Shown here in pieces: positions 9,717 to 19,881 of a stretch of 64,000 bases of DNA; position 1 is the first letter of the stretch; each line of letters begins with the position of its first letter. The position numbers were made by a program, and so were the translations under genes. The notes under the pieces are model-generated. The model ran no database searches. It saw nothing but the letters and a program-made list of their open reading frames with translations, and was not told the DNA's origin. This DNA is from Candidatus Adlerbacteria bacterium (GTDB taxonomy: Bacteria > Patescibacteriota > Minisyncoccia > Phycocordibacterales > SBAW01): contig PLCJ01000002.1 in assembly GCA_003135635.1 (NCBI GenBank), positions 109,451 through 173,450 on the forward strand, written 5' to 3'.

Positions 9717-10187
9717 ATGTCTGACAAGGAGTGTGATCATACAAGCGTAGGTATGCTTGTGGAGAAGGATGAGGGTATTTTATTGATTGAAAGAGTGAAA
9801 AAGCCTTTTGGCTTTGCACTTCCAGCAGGACACGTAGATGAAGATAAGGAGTACGATAAAGCGGCTGCGCGGGAGTTAAAAGAGGAGGTTGGTTTAGATG
9901 CAAAACATCTAGAACTTATTGCTGAGGGGCGCAAGGAAAATCCCTGTCGACGAGAAGGTGGATCTTGGCATTATTGGAAAATCTACAGGGTTTTGACGCA
10001 AGGAGAACTCCTTCCCAATACCGATGAGGCTAAAGAAGCCCGCTGGTATCCTCGGAATGCAATCAAAAAACTTGCCAAGATAACTGAAGCATATATCGCA
10101 GGCACTATTTCCGAGGAGCAGTGGAAAGCTAGCCCAGGGTTAGAACCAGTTATGTACGAATGGTTTAAAAAGCTTGCTATAATCTGA
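9717..10187 (+). CDS. NUDIX hydrolase
   Basis: Nudix box GHVDEDKEYDKAAARELKEEVG (GX5EX7REUXEEXGU). Confidence 0.8.
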   Translation: MSDKECDHTSVGMLVEKDEGILLIERVKKPFGFALPAGHVDEDKEYDKAAARELKEEVGLDAKHLELIAEGRKENPCRREGGSWHYWKIYRVLTQGELLPNTDEAKEARWYPRNAIKKLAKITEAYIAGTISEEQWKASPGLEPVMYEWFKKLAII

Positions 10188-10189
10188 GC

Positions 10190-10597
10190 ATGACCATCAC
10201 TATGTGTGGCTCTGTGAAGTTTTTTGATGAGATGGTTGAGCTTCAAAAAAAACTTGAAGAAAATGGCCACACTGTCCTCATGCCCATTAAGGTTTCGGGC
10301 GTAGATTACTGGTCTGATGACGCCACAAGTAGGATTGAAGCAAAGAGGAGGCTCGGGCTTCTGGAAAAACATATGGATAAAATTGAAAGATCAGATGCAA
10401 TTCTGGTAGCAAATTATACCAAGGGCGATATCAAAAATTATATAGGCGCCAATACTTTTCTTGAAATGGGATTTGCACGATATCGTAACAAGAAGATTTT
10501 TTTACTGAATCCAATACCAGACCAGAAATACATTAGCGATGAGCTTCTCTCGTGGGAGCCTATAGTTATTGAAGATAATTTAGAAAAAATACAGTAA
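10190..10597 (+). CDS. nucleoside 2-deoxyribosyltransferase-like protein
   Basis: 135 aa; MCGS N-terminus and YIGANTFLEMGFA resembling the D-x-GT-x-FE-x-G block of the NDT family. Confidence 0.45.
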   Translation: MTITMCGSVKFFDEMVELQKKLEENGHTVLMPIKVSGVDYWSDDATSRIEAKRRLGLLEKHMDKIERSDAILVANYTKGDIKNYIGANTFLEMGFARYRNKKIFLLNPIPDQKYISDELLSWEPIVIEDNLEKIQ

Positions 10598-10622
10598 CAG
10601 AGATTATGTCTCTGTTATTTAA
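10596..10622 (+). terminator. rho-independent terminator
   Basis: AACAGAGA-TTAT-TCTCTGTT hairpin overlapping the stop codon, followed by ATTT. Confidence 0.55.
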
Positions 10623-10636
10623 GAATTGAAGTAGAA

Positions 10637-11857
10637 ATGTTATACTGTCTCTCTATGGGGACTATTTCTCGTACCTTGTATTTTTTTACCTCGGCAGTGT
10701 TACTTGCGCTGGTGGTTATGTTCCCTCACGCTGCTTACGCAGCAACAAAACTTCAAGTTTCAGGTTGGATACCATACTGGAGGACGGCCACTGGTACCCA
10801 AGATGCGCTTCTTCATCTAAATGAGCTTAACCAAATAGACCCGTTTGGCTATATTGTCCAAAACGACGGTACTCTCTATGATGCGATGAACATAACGCAG
10901 CCATCATGGTCAACTCTTATAGCTGCTGCCAAAGCACAAAAAGTCCGTGTGATTCCTACGGTGATGTGGAGTAATGGCCAAGCCATTGATACCATATTGC
11001 GTAATCCCACAACGCGCGCTGCTCAAGAGAATGCGATTGTTGCCATGGTCAAACAAAATAATTTCGATGGTGTTGATATTGATTATGAAGGGAAACTTGC
11101 CCAAACAAAACCATACTTCTCCCTCTTTCTTAAGGAGCTTTATAAGAAAATGGGAAATAAATGGGTGGACTGTACCATTGAAGCACGCACACCAGCCTCA
11201 TCGGAATTTGCAATTATAACGCCTCAGGATTTTCAATATGCCAATGATTACAGCGCTATTAATAAATACTGTGATCAGGTTAACCTCATGACCTATGACC
11301 AGGGAACGATTGATATCAAACTCAATGCTGTAGCGGCAGGCCCATATATTCCAGTTGCCGATCCGCAATGGGTGAAGAAAGTGGTGTTACTCGCGGAGCA
11401 AACCATTTCAAAAAAGAAACTGGTGATCGGTGTTGCTACCTATGGCTACGAATTTTCAGTTACCTCCCTTACACAGGGGTATCGGTATGACATACAATGG
11501 GCTTTTAATCCAAGATATGCTCTTGAGCTAGCGGCGCAACTTGGAATCACTCCTGTGCGCAATGGTGCCGGGGAGTTGAGTTTCAGCTATGTGCCTTCTG
11601 AATTGCCTCTGCAAACATCTACCGCTACCTCAAGTGCGACAAGCACTACGGGGGAAGTACCTACCACGACTACTTCATACTCTCCACTTGCAGTCGCTGT
11701 CATAGGTCAACCATTTAATATTGTCTGGTGGAGCGACGCGCAGGCGGTTAAGGATAAAATAGCACTCGCTCAAAGCCTTGGAATCCGCGGCATTGCGATA
11801 TTTAAGATTGACGGAGGCGAAGATCCAAATCTCTGGAATATTTTGCCCCAAAAATAG
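10637..11857 (+). CDS. secreted glycoside hydrolase family 18 (chitinase / peptidoglycan hydrolase-like)
   Basis: signal peptide; catalytic GH18 motif FDGVDIDYE (DxxDxDxE); Ser/Thr-rich linker before the C-terminal segment. Confidence 0.8.
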   Translation: MLYCLSMGTISRTLYFFTSAVLLALVVMFPHAAYAATKLQVSGWIPYWRTATGTQDALLHLNELNQIDPFGYIVQNDGTLYDAMNITQPSWSTLIAAAKAQKVRVIPTVMWSNGQAIDTILRNPTTRAAQENAIVAMVKQNNFDGVDIDYEGKLAQTKPYFSLFLKELYKKMGNKWVDCTIEARTPASSEFAIITPQDFQYANDYSAINKYCDQVNLMTYDQGTIDIKLNAVAAGPYIPVADPQWVKKVVLLAEQTISKKKLVIGVATYGYEFSVTSLTQGYRYDIQWAFNPRYALELAAQLGITPVRNGAGELSFSYVPSELPLQTSTATSSATSTTGEVPTTTTSYSPLAVAVIGQPFNIVWWSDAQAVKDKIALAQSLGIRGIAIFKIDGGEDPNLWNILPQK

Positions 11858-12013
11858 TGATACATTAGGTCCGGTAAATCGGTACCTCCATTGGGGGATG
11901 TGCAGATCTATTTAAGTGGGGGAGTGATAGAAGAATCCACACGCATTTGCTATACTGCCTAGAAATACAGTAACTTGTTTTTACTTTCTTCTGCACATTC
12001 GCCGATGTCCGAC

Positions 12014-12760
12014 TCATTTATCTGACTGAATAAACTTCAGTGCCTCGCGTACGGTGCTCATAAATTGAGCCGGAAAGATAATAGTCGAATTTTTTTCTGT
12101 GCTTATTTCTGCCATTGTCTGAAGGGTGCGTAGTTGAAGAGCTACTGGATGTTTGCTGATAATATCTGCCGCATCTGCAAGCTTTTGTGCAGCTTGCATT
12201 TCTCCTTGCGCAGCAACGATTTTCGCACGACGTTCGCGCTCGGCTTCGGCTTCCTTTGCCATTGCTCGCTGCATATTTTCTGGCATAACGATGTCTTTGA
12301 TCTCCACTGCGGTAACTTGTGCCCCCCATGGTTCGGTGTGCGTATCAATCACATTCTTGATCTGTGTATTTATATCCGCTGTTTGTGAAAGCAGCTGATC
12401 GAGCATGAATTGGCCGATAACATTTCGGACCGTTGTTTGGCTTATTTGATTGACTGCGTCATGAACATTTTCAACAGCAATTACTGATTTCATTGGATCG
12501 ATGATGTGATAGTACGCCACTGCGGCAATATCAATAGAAACATTGTCTTTCGTAATTATTTTTTGAGATGGTATAGCCATAGTGATCGTACGCAAGGTCA
12601 CCTTAGCCATCACTTCAATTAATGGAATAAGAAAGATTAATCCAGGACCGCGTACGCCTATAGCTCGACCAAGACGAAAAATAACGCCACGATTATATTC
12701 CTTGATAATGCGAACGGAGAACAATATCAGAACAATTATGACAGAAATTATGTAGATCAT
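12014..12760 (-). CDS. SPFH/band-7 (stomatin/prohibitin-like) membrane protein
   Basis: N-terminal TM; band-7 core; EAERERRAKIVAAQGEMQAAQKL coiled coil typical of stomatin-like proteins. Confidence 0.85.
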   Translation of the reverse strand: MIYIISVIIVLILFSVRIIKEYNRGVIFRLGRAIGVRGPGLIFLIPLIEVMAKVTLRTITMAIPSQKIITKDNVSIDIAAVAYYHIIDPMKSVIAVENVHDAVNQISQTTVRNVIGQFMLDQLLSQTADINTQIKNVIDTHTEPWGAQVTAVEIKDIVMPENMQRAMAKEAEAERERRAKIVAAQGEMQAAQKLADAADIISKHPVALQLRTLQTMAEISTEKNSTIIFPAQFMSTVREALKFIQSDK

Positions 12761-12865
12761 ATGCAGTTAAGTATATACCAACAGCCCAGTAGTAGCAGTA
12801 ACCTTGAAAATCTTTTCATTTTGGAGTTTGTGTTCTCAAAACTCTCCCTAGCGCCTCTCATGATG

Positions 12866-12880
12866 AAGGATGTTCGAACC
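12866..12880 (-). repeat. copy of recurrent intergenic motif (minus-strand reading GGTTCGAACATCCTTC)
   Basis: plus strand gaaggatgttcgaacc; lies between a terminator hairpin and the SPFH gene start. Confidence 0.6.
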
Positions 12881-12890
12881 TGTTTAATTA

Positions 12891-12936
12891 TATAAAAAGA
12901 AAATCGCCCATCCATAGGCGATATTCTGGATGGGCG
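12891..12936 (-). terminator. rho-independent terminator of the 90-aa gene
   Basis: perfect 10-bp stem cgcccatcca/tggatgggcg with a 12-nt loop, followed on the minus strand by a T-run and TATATA. Confidence 0.55.
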
Positions 12937-12952
12937 GTCGGCGTTGGTTTCG

Positions 12953-13225
12953 TCACTGTGCGTTGCTGGCCACGCTCGCTTCGCACTCTTCAAGATAGCG
13001 AGCTGTGAACTCATGAAGAGAGAAGTTCGATCGAAAGCACTCAAGGAACTCCACAAGAGTCAGGCGGTGGCCGAAGTCACGGAGTATCCCCAACATTCTT
13101 ATGAACGACAGGTCAATGCAGATTTTCTCGGCAATCTGTCGGTCGAAGCGAAAATTAATGACTTCTTTGAGAAGATCTGCCCTTGACTTGGGGTGGTTGG
13201 TGCCTGCAGGATTGCTGTCTGGCAT
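12953..13225 (-). CDS. hypothetical small protein (90 aa)
   Basis: strong RBS AAGGAGG 6 nt before the ATG; flanked upstream and downstream by copies of the terminator/motif module. Confidence 0.55.
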   Translation of the reverse strand: MPDSNPAGTNHPKSRADLLKEVINFRFDRQIAEKICIDLSFIRMLGILRDFGHRLTLVEFLECFRSNFSLHEFTARYLEECEASVASNAQ

Positions 13226-13312
13226 GGGAAACCTCCTTATGGGTGCCAGTATCTGTTATCTTTATACTATATAATTTTGGTTTTGTCTATTTTTTCGTTT
13301 GCCCCACACCTT

Positions 13313-13328
13313 GGAAGATGTTAGAACC
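13313..13328 (-). repeat. copy of recurrent intergenic motif (GGTTCTAACATCTTCC)
   Basis: plus strand ggaagatgttagaacc; directly after terminator + TTTTTTATATACAATAG on the minus strand. Confidence 0.6.
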
Positions 13329-13334
13329 TATTGT

Positions 13335-13374
13335 ATATAAAAAAGATGAGCCTCGGACATGTCTGCCGAGGCTC
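13335..13374 (-). terminator. rho-independent terminator of the P-type ATPase gene
   Basis: gagcctcgg / ccgaggctc 9-bp stem with a 9-nt loop, then a T-run on the minus strand. Confidence 0.6.
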
Positions 13375-13376
13375 GA

Positions 13377-13392
13377 GAAGGATGTTGGTAAC
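13377..13392 (-). repeat. motif-like copy overlapping the ATPase 3' end (GTTACCAACATCCTTC)
   Basis: plus strand gaaggatgttggtaac, 13/16 identical to the copy at 12866. Confidence 0.4.
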
Positions 13393-15911
13393 TAATTCTT
13401 AACTAATGCCTTAAAGTACCATACTTTAATAACATCGACTATAAAGAAGTATATAAGTGTCAAAATAGCGAGTATCGCTAGCGTCACTAATGATAGGGGA
13501 GCAAAAGAAAACCATATTTGAAACTGTGGAATATAAATAATGCACAAAGAAAATAGGAATGCTAACGCGAATGAGATATTTAATACTGTAGATGGTTTTT
13601 TTGCGTTCCAAAATGATCTTTCACTGCGAACGCTATAAAATACAATCAACGCGATAAAGGTTAAAAATATATAGAGACTTGTCTCAACATAGCGTTGCGG
13701 TTCCAAACGAATGAGTAAAAAATAAAAAATTTCAAATAGTGCAGTTGGAATACCAAGAAGTATAGAAAGAAACATAAGTCTACGCACGTTATGTTTTTCG
13801 GGTCGTACCACCTCCTCGTCCGTAGTGCTATCAGTAGAAATCATAATCATGGGAATATCAGTAATAAGGCTGGTGAGCAAAATCTGTATAGGCAGAAGCG
13901 GCAAATCTGTTGAAAAGAGATAAAACATTGATAGGGCAATGAAATTACCGAAATTACTCACCATGGTGTGCTTGATATATTTATTTATGTTGACGAAAAT
14001 TGAACGTCCATATTTAATCCCGTTGATAATAACCTCAAGGCTGCTTTTTAGCAGAACAATATCAGCATTCTCTTTTGCAATGTCTGTTGCCGAATTTACT
14101 GCTATTGCTACATCTGCTAATTTTAGTGCAGGCGCATCGTTGATCCCATCACCCTGATAGGCAACGACATACTGCTTTTTGAGTATTTTAATAATGTTAT
14201 ATTTTTGCGTGGAGGTAACCCTGGCAAAAATATTACTTGTGGTAATTGCCGCTTCAAGCTGGCTCGGGGACATTTTTTCAAGTTCATTCCCAAGATACAC
14301 CTGCCCGCCTTCTTTCATTAACCCAATTTGCTCTCCAATATATTGAGCTACCTCTCTGCTATCTCCGGTGAGAATTTTAATGCGTATGCCTAATTTTTCT
14401 GCTCGCTGAAGAGTATTTTTTACACCCGGGCGTAATGGATCGTCCATAGAGACATACCCCAAGAAAGTAAGTCCTTCCTCGTGTTTGAGAATATCGAAAT
14501 CATCACTATAGGAAACCTCACGGTAGGCAAGAGCTAAATGGTGTAATCCTGTTTTACCTTCCTTGGTAATGTTCTCTAGATATGCTGCGGTATGGACATG
14601 CTTGGTTATCTGAAGCAATACTTCTGGGGCGCCGATAACAACCAGAAAATATTTTTTAGTATGCGTATCCTCCAAAACCATCCTGCTTCTTCGGTCATTG
14701 GGGTCAAACGGTAATTCTTTAATAATCCGTAGTGCTGCTGCCTTCTTTTTGAGTGACTCTGACACATAGTTGAAAAATGCATCATCGTAGGAATTTTGTG
14801 TTCTATGTTTTCTTGTTTTTAGTGGTGCAATAGCAGCAAATGCAAGGATTTGAAACAACTCAACATCGCTTGAGACAACACTGCGTATTTGCATCTTATT
14901 CTCTGTAATAGTCCCCGTTTTATCGGTACACAAGAGATTTACGTTTCCAAGATCCTCCAGTGCCGACAGCCTCTTCACCACAACGTGCTTTTGAGCCAGT
15001 GCGAGAGCTCCACGGGAAAGAGAAATGGTGGCAATGACTGGCAATACCTCCGGTACCACCGCAACGGCCATTGCAATAATAAATAACAAAAGACCACTAA
15101 TGTTGGATAATCCTCCGTTGAGAATGAGCTTTGAAATGAAGAGTGCCGCCAAGCCTATGAAAACAAACTTAACAAGAAATGTGCTAAATGATTGCAGCGA
15201 CTGCTCATAGGGTGTTTCTTTTTTTGTGGAGAGCGATAACTCTGCAATGGCTCCGAGCTCAGTGTTTTTTCCAGTCGCATACACGACACCTACCGCAACG
15301 CCCCTCTCAATGATGCTCCCAGTAAAAACTAAGTTTTTCTCTGAAAGAGCATGCTCTTTTGAGACTTGTTTTATCACGGGCAATGATTCTCCGGTAAGTT
15401 GTGATTCATTGACCTCTAAATCTGTTACCTGAAGTAATCGCATATCTGCGGGTACAATATCTCCCTCGCGAATCATGAGTACATCGCCTGGAACTATTTG
15501 TGTAGTATCAAGGAGCATCTCCTTGTCATCACGTCTGAGCCTCACCTGCGTCGTAATGAATTGCTCGAGTTTTTCTATAATTTTTTCAGATCTATATTCT
15601 TGAAAAAAACTTAGCGTTATATTGATAAGTAGGATAACCGCAATAATAGTGCCATCTGAATAGTCCCCGATACTATAGGAAATAAGTGTTGCCGCGAGCA
15701 GGAGATATACAAGAGAACTGCGCAACTGACGAATTAAAATGGTGCGCGCATGGTCATGGTGTCTTACGAATACGTTTTTACCGTAGCGAAGAAGTCGTGC
15801 GTGCGCATCGCTTTGGCTAAGACCCCCTATTGATGTCTCAAGCCTACCGAGAAATTCCTCTGTACTTAACGTAAGAACTTCTTTTTTATCCATACCAGAA
15901 TAGTCCATCAT
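13392..15911 (-). CDS. cation-transporting P-type ATPase (MgtA/Ca2+-ATPase-like)
   Basis: phosphorylation motif CTDKTGTITENKM, TGES, PEVLP in TM4, hinge GDGINDAPALKLADVAIAV; 10 predicted TM helices. Confidence 0.9.
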   Translation of the reverse strand: MMDYSGMDKKEVLTLSTEEFLGRLETSIGGLSQSDAHARLLRYGKNVFVRHHDHARTILIRQLRSSLVYLLLAATLISYSIGDYSDGTIIAVILLINITLSFFQEYRSEKIIEKLEQFITTQVRLRRDDKEMLLDTTQIVPGDVLMIREGDIVPADMRLLQVTDLEVNESQLTGESLPVIKQVSKEHALSEKNLVFTGSIIERGVAVGVVYATGKNTELGAIAELSLSTKKETPYEQSLQSFSTFLVKFVFIGLAALFISKLILNGGLSNISGLLLFIIAMAVAVVPEVLPVIATISLSRGALALAQKHVVVKRLSALEDLGNVNLLCTDKTGTITENKMQIRSVVSSDVELFQILAFAAIAPLKTRKHRTQNSYDDAFFNYVSESLKKKAAALRIIKELPFDPNDRRSRMVLEDTHTKKYFLVVIGAPEVLLQITKHVHTAAYLENITKEGKTGLHHLALAYREVSYSDDFDILKHEEGLTFLGYVSMDDPLRPGVKNTLQRAEKLGIRIKILTGDSREVAQYIGEQIGLMKEGGQVYLGNELEKMSPSQLEAAITTSNIFARVTSTQKYNIIKILKKQYVVAYQGDGINDAPALKLADVAIAVNSATDIAKENADIVLLKSSLEVIINGIKYGRSIFVNINKYIKHTMVSNFGNFIALSMFYLFSTDLPLLPIQILLTSLITDIPMIMISTDSTTDEEVVRPEKHNVRRLMFLSILLGIPTALFEIFYFLLIRLEPQRYVETSLYIFLTFIALIVFYSVRSERSFWNAKKPSTVLNISFALAFLFSLCIIYIPQFQIWFSFAPLSLVTLAILAILTLIYFFIVDVIKVWYFKALVKN

Positions 15912-15948
15912 GAGTTGGAGTGTATGTCACAGTGATATTGTATACTGA

Positions 15949-17646
15949 ATGGAGCGTATGTCCTTAACGGATGAATTGAGGGAGGTAGTACGAGGTGAAG
16001 TGGAAGATTCGCCGGAGGTACTTCAGCAATACTCGCGCGACGCGAGCCTTTTTGTTATACAACCACAAGTAGTTGTGCGTCCTATGGATGCACAAGATGT
16101 ATGCACGGTGGTACATCTTGTAAGCACAAAAAAACAGGCACCAAAGTCTCATATTTCAATTACCGCTCGCTCTGCAGGCACGGATATGTCAGGCGGTCCT
16201 CTTAATGATTCGATCATTCTTGACATGACTCGGCATTTCAATCGCTTGATTGAGCTTGGTGACAATTACACCATCGTAGAGCCAGGCATGTATTTCAGGG
16301 ACTTTGACCGTCAGACGCAAACAAAACACCTCGAGCTTCCGAGCTATACTGCTTCCCGCGAGATCAACACGGTGGGAGGTATGGTTGCCAATAATTCAGG
16401 GGGCGAAAAAAACCTTAAATATGGGAAAACTGCGCGCTATGTAGAGGAGCTTGAAGTGGTGCTTGCAGACGGACAAGTGCATACCCTCAAATGCCTACGG
16501 GGTGAAGCACTACGTGCCAAATGTCTCGAGCGAAGCTTTGAGGGAGAGGTATATCGTGCCCTCTCTTCGCTCATTTCGACTAATCGGGATGTCATTGAGG
16601 CAGCCAAGCCCGGGGTAGAGAAAAATTCTTCTGGATATGCGCTTTGGGAGATGGGAGATGGCACCGAGTCACTTGATCTTGCTCGTCTTATGGTGGGGGC
16701 TCAGGGAACGCTTGGCATTATTACCAAAATTCGATTTTCACTCATTAACCCCAAGCCCTATGCGGCTATGGTCATAATTTTTTTGCACAGTCTTTCTGAG
16801 CTGGGCAGTATCGTGTCGCCAGTTCTTGTGCATGAGCCGGATAGTTTTGAATCCTATGACGACCACACCTTTACTCTTGGAGTGCGATATTTCCCAGAGT
16901 TTGCAAAACAATTAAAAATGAACTTTATTTCACTTGTGCTTTCTTTTCTACCTGAGATGTGGATGGTAATAACGGGTGGGGTGCCGAAGTTGGTTCTCAT
17001 GGTGGAGTTTCGTGCTCGCTCTCAGGAAGAGGCGCTTAATAAGGCAGAAGATTTGGCAGAAGAAATTGAACATACAAATCCTCGTGTTTCACTGCGTGTG
17101 GCTTCTTCTGAGCGTGCAACACGGAAATATTGGCTTTTGAGGCGGGAGAGTTTTAATCTTCTGCGCAAAAAAGTTCGGGGCTTGCGCACCGCTCCTTTTA
17201 TCGATGATTTTGTGGTTCCGCCCCAGAAGCTTTCGGAATTTCTCCCTAAACTTGATGCAATCCTATCAACGTATAATCTCACGTACACCATTACGGGCCA
17301 TGTGGGTGACGGAAACTTCCACATCATCCCTCTGATAAACCCCAAGGAGACACGCCTCCCGCATCTTATCGATGAACTGTCACACAAAGTGTACGATCTC
17401 GTTCTTTCTTATCACGGTTCAATTACCGGGGAGCATAATGATGGAATTGCTCGGACACCCTATGTAGAAAAAATGTTTGGTCCTGCCATGTACGCACTTT
17501 TCCACGAGGTAAAAAGCATACTCGATCCGCACAATATTTTTAATCCGGGGAAAAAGGTAGGACTTACTTTCTCCGAGGCCCTTACGTATCTTGATCTTCC
17601 GCCCCAAGTGGTGGTTACGCAAACCCAGGAAAGAAATCAGTCTTAA
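15949..17646 (+). CDS. FAD-linked oxidase (GlcD / D-lactate dehydrogenase family)
   Basis: N-terminal FAD-binding PCMH-type domain (MSGGPLNDSIILDM, GGMVANNSGG) and C-terminal FAD-oxidase domain. Confidence 0.8.
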   Translation: MERMSLTDELREVVRGEVEDSPEVLQQYSRDASLFVIQPQVVVRPMDAQDVCTVVHLVSTKKQAPKSHISITARSAGTDMSGGPLNDSIILDMTRHFNRLIELGDNYTIVEPGMYFRDFDRQTQTKHLELPSYTASREINTVGGMVANNSGGEKNLKYGKTARYVEELEVVLADGQVHTLKCLRGEALRAKCLERSFEGEVYRALSSLISTNRDVIEAAKPGVEKNSSGYALWEMGDGTESLDLARLMVGAQGTLGIITKIRFSLINPKPYAAMVIIFLHSLSELGSIVSPVLVHEPDSFESYDDHTFTLGVRYFPEFAKQLKMNFISLVLSFLPEMWMVITGGVPKLVLMVEFRARSQEEALNKAEDLAEEIEHTNPRVSLRVASSERATRKYWLLRRESFNLLRKKVRGLRTAPFIDDFVVPPQKLSEFLPKLDAILSTYNLTYTITGHVGDGNFHIIPLINPKETRLPHLIDELSHKVYDLVLSYHGSITGEHNDGIARTPYVEKMFGPAMYALFHEVKSILDPHNIFNPGKKVGLTFSEALTYLDLPPQVVVTQTQERNQS

Positions 17647-19126
17647 TGTGTCTGCCGGGAATCCCGAGATCTGCAAGCGTTTTTTTAAAACCTTCCACCA
17701 TACTATTTGGTCCTGATATATAGAATATGCGCTCAGAGTAATCAGGTACTTCCCGCGCAATAAGCTCCTTAGTGATCATGCCGGTGTGGAAACCCTCAAT
17801 AGGCGCTTCATCTGTTATGGCATACATTACCCTGAGCCCAAGCACAACGCGGGCTTTGTCAAAGATTTCCTTGTACGCAATATCACCACGCGTTCTATTT
17901 GAGTAAAAAAGTACAATATCTCGCTTTTCCCGCTTCCCCAGCAAATACGTTATCATGCTGCGAAAAGGAGTAATACCAATGCCGCCTGCAATAAAGACGA
18001 GTTTGCGTTTTGGATTTGAGGGCAACGTAAAATCACCTCCCACGCGCAGTGCGCTTAATGATTGCCCCGGCCGCATTGCGGCAAGGGCATCCTTGAAAGA
18101 ACTAGCAGGTTCAGTGAATTTAACACCAAGACGAATGTTTGATTCAGTAGGGGAGGAAGCAATAGTGAAATAACGTCGGTTACCCCGGCTGTCGGGCTTT
18201 TCATGCGGAAATGTCCACTCCATGTATTGCCCGGGGCGAAACGTCAGCATACGATCGGAGGAAAAAACAAAATCAGAACTGCTTTGACTCGTTCTCTCTA
18301 TAGCGTTGAGCGTGAGGATCATTCTGCCTTTGGGATTAATAAAACTGGAAAAGAAATTACCAACAATAAGCGCCAACTCCGGTGTCGAATATAAGGAGCC
18401 GATATGAATTGCGGGAGCAAATAAGGCTCCCACAAGTGCGCCGTACCCAAGCCGTATAGGGCGCCGTGAGGGTGTAGTTATAGGTTCGGTAAGCATCACA
18501 AATCCCAAAAAAAGAAGCGGGGAGCCAACGAAAACTTTCTGCAACAAATCAAGCAGGTTGTAAGAAGGAGCAGTAATCCACACGCTTAGAAGTGCTGCTA
18601 TGGTGAATGTGCATACGAGATCAAAACGTTGCATTTTGCGCAGCAATAACAAACCACCGATGAGCACAAAAGGTAAAAGGGGAACATTGCCCCCCACCCA
18701 CCAACTGGCTCCTTGACCAAACACAAGCCCCATAACTACCACAGCAAGAGCGGCGGGGTTAAATATTGGACTCTTGTTCAAGGTAAGAAGATATTTTGAG
18801 GTGATGGCAATAGCTGAGAGTAAAACAAGATAAAATACCCCCAACATATTCAAAGGACTAACGGGGCTTACAATGAGCGCGAGGATGAGCGCCGTGATAT
18901 ATGTCGACTCAACGTTTGTTGGGGCAGAGAAAAGAAATGCGCAGAGCTTATTTATAAGCAAGCAGGAGAAAGTAATAAGAAGCGCTGAAAAGAGAATAGC
19001 AACCGGTGTAAAGGGCAGAAGCGCAAAAAATCCAAATACTATGGCCGCCGCAAGCAGCGCCAAGAGATAATAGAGCGTGAGGCGATACATCGTAATGCCG
19101 TTAAGCACACGATCAATGGGGTTCAT
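17615..19126 (-). CDS. membrane-bound FAD/NAD(P)-binding oxidoreductase (polytopic N-terminal domain fused to a ferredoxin-NADP reductase-like domain)
   Basis: ~240-aa multi-TM N-terminus; C-terminal FNR-type FAD motif RRYFTIASSP (RxYS/T) and NAD(P) motif LVFIAGGIGITPFRSM. Confidence 0.7.
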   Translation of the reverse strand: MNPIDRVLNGITMYRLTLYYLLALLAAAIVFGFFALLPFTPVAILFSALLITFSCLLINKLCAFLFSAPTNVESTYITALILALIVSPVSPLNMLGVFYLVLLSAIAITSKYLLTLNKSPIFNPAALAVVVMGLVFGQGASWWVGGNVPLLPFVLIGGLLLLRKMQRFDLVCTFTIAALLSVWITAPSYNLLDLLQKVFVGSPLLFLGFVMLTEPITTPSRRPIRLGYGALVGALFAPAIHIGSLYSTPELALIVGNFFSSFINPKGRMILTLNAIERTSQSSSDFVFSSDRMLTFRPGQYMEWTFPHEKPDSRGNRRYFTIASSPTESNIRLGVKFTEPASSFKDALAAMRPGQSLSALRVGGDFTLPSNPKRKLVFIAGGIGITPFRSMITYLLGKREKRDIVLFYSNRTRGDIAYKEIFDKARVVLGLRVMYAITDEAPIEGFHTGMITKELIAREVPDYSERIFYISGPNSMVEGFKKTLADLGIPGRHIKTDFFPGFA

Positions 19127-19872
19127 AGTGTTGTGTATGCTTCAAAGCCGCTAGTCATAGTTGCGATGCCTTCCGTATCAATACTGTATCCTTCAAAACC
19201 TTTTAATGATTCGATAAACATCATACCTTGTTTTCCCATAGCAAAAGCACCCGTTGCAAAACGATCTGCTTCGCACACGTCGGGGCCAATGATGGTGAGG
19301 CTCACCGGATCAAGTATTGCCTCTGTGGGCGCATGTGGATTATAAATGTGCTGTCCACGCACGTAGGTGCCTGAAGTGGCTACTCCGTGGCCTCGTGGAT
19401 AGAGTACTTTTACTATTTCCTCTGTTTGAAATGGATTACGGATTCCCACGCTCCACGGATTTTCTTGGTTATTGTGTCCTGAAGATTGAATATCTCCGCC
19501 AGCATCAATGAAGAAGTCCCGGTATCCTAAGTTGCGCAGCAGGTCTGCAGCATTTCGTATTGCCCAGCCCTTGACGACTCCTGATGGATCTATGGATCCA
19601 TCGGGTCTTTGTATATTAAAGTAACCCCCTGTCTCTTGGTGCGTTTTTTGCGCAAGAGAGAATACTTCTTGCATTTCTTTGCTCCACTGCTGCTTTTGGA
19701 TCTCCTTGCGGTTTATTTGCATCACTTCGCTAGTGTATTTGTACGTGCTAAAACGTTCATCTACCGCAGTAAAATATTTAAATACTTTATTAATGGCATC
19801 TTCTGCTCGGGAACTGTCAGATACCACCTCGACAGTAATGGGCATTCCCATAATAAGTCGGCTCTGGCGCAT
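19123..19872 (-). CDS. apbE: FAD:protein FMN transferase (ApbE family)
   Basis: ApbE blocks VVKGWAIRNAADLL and FFIDAGGDIQ; 4-nt overlap with the downstream oxidoreductase gene. Confidence 0.8.
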   Translation of the reverse strand: MRQSRLIMGMPITVEVVSDSSRAEDAINKVFKYFTAVDERFSTYKYTSEVMQINRKEIQKQQWSKEMQEVFSLAQKTHQETGGYFNIQRPDGSIDPSGVVKGWAIRNAADLLRNLGYRDFFIDAGGDIQSSGHNNQENPWSVGIRNPFQTEEIVKVLYPRGHGVATSGTYVRGQHIYNPHAPTEAILDPVSLTIIGPDVCEADRFATGAFAMGKQGMMFIESLKGFEGYSIDTEGIATMTSGFEAYTTL

Positions 19873-19881
19873 ACCCGGGTC

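Noticed and set aside
17615-19126. N-terminal membrane domain of the 503-aa oxidoreductase as a heme-binding ferric-reductase (NOX/FRE) domain or a flavinylated RnfD/NqrB domain
   Set aside because: Only one His is present in ~240 aa, and FRD domains need four. No [S/T]GAT flavinylation motif is found in the domain. The family assignment is left open.
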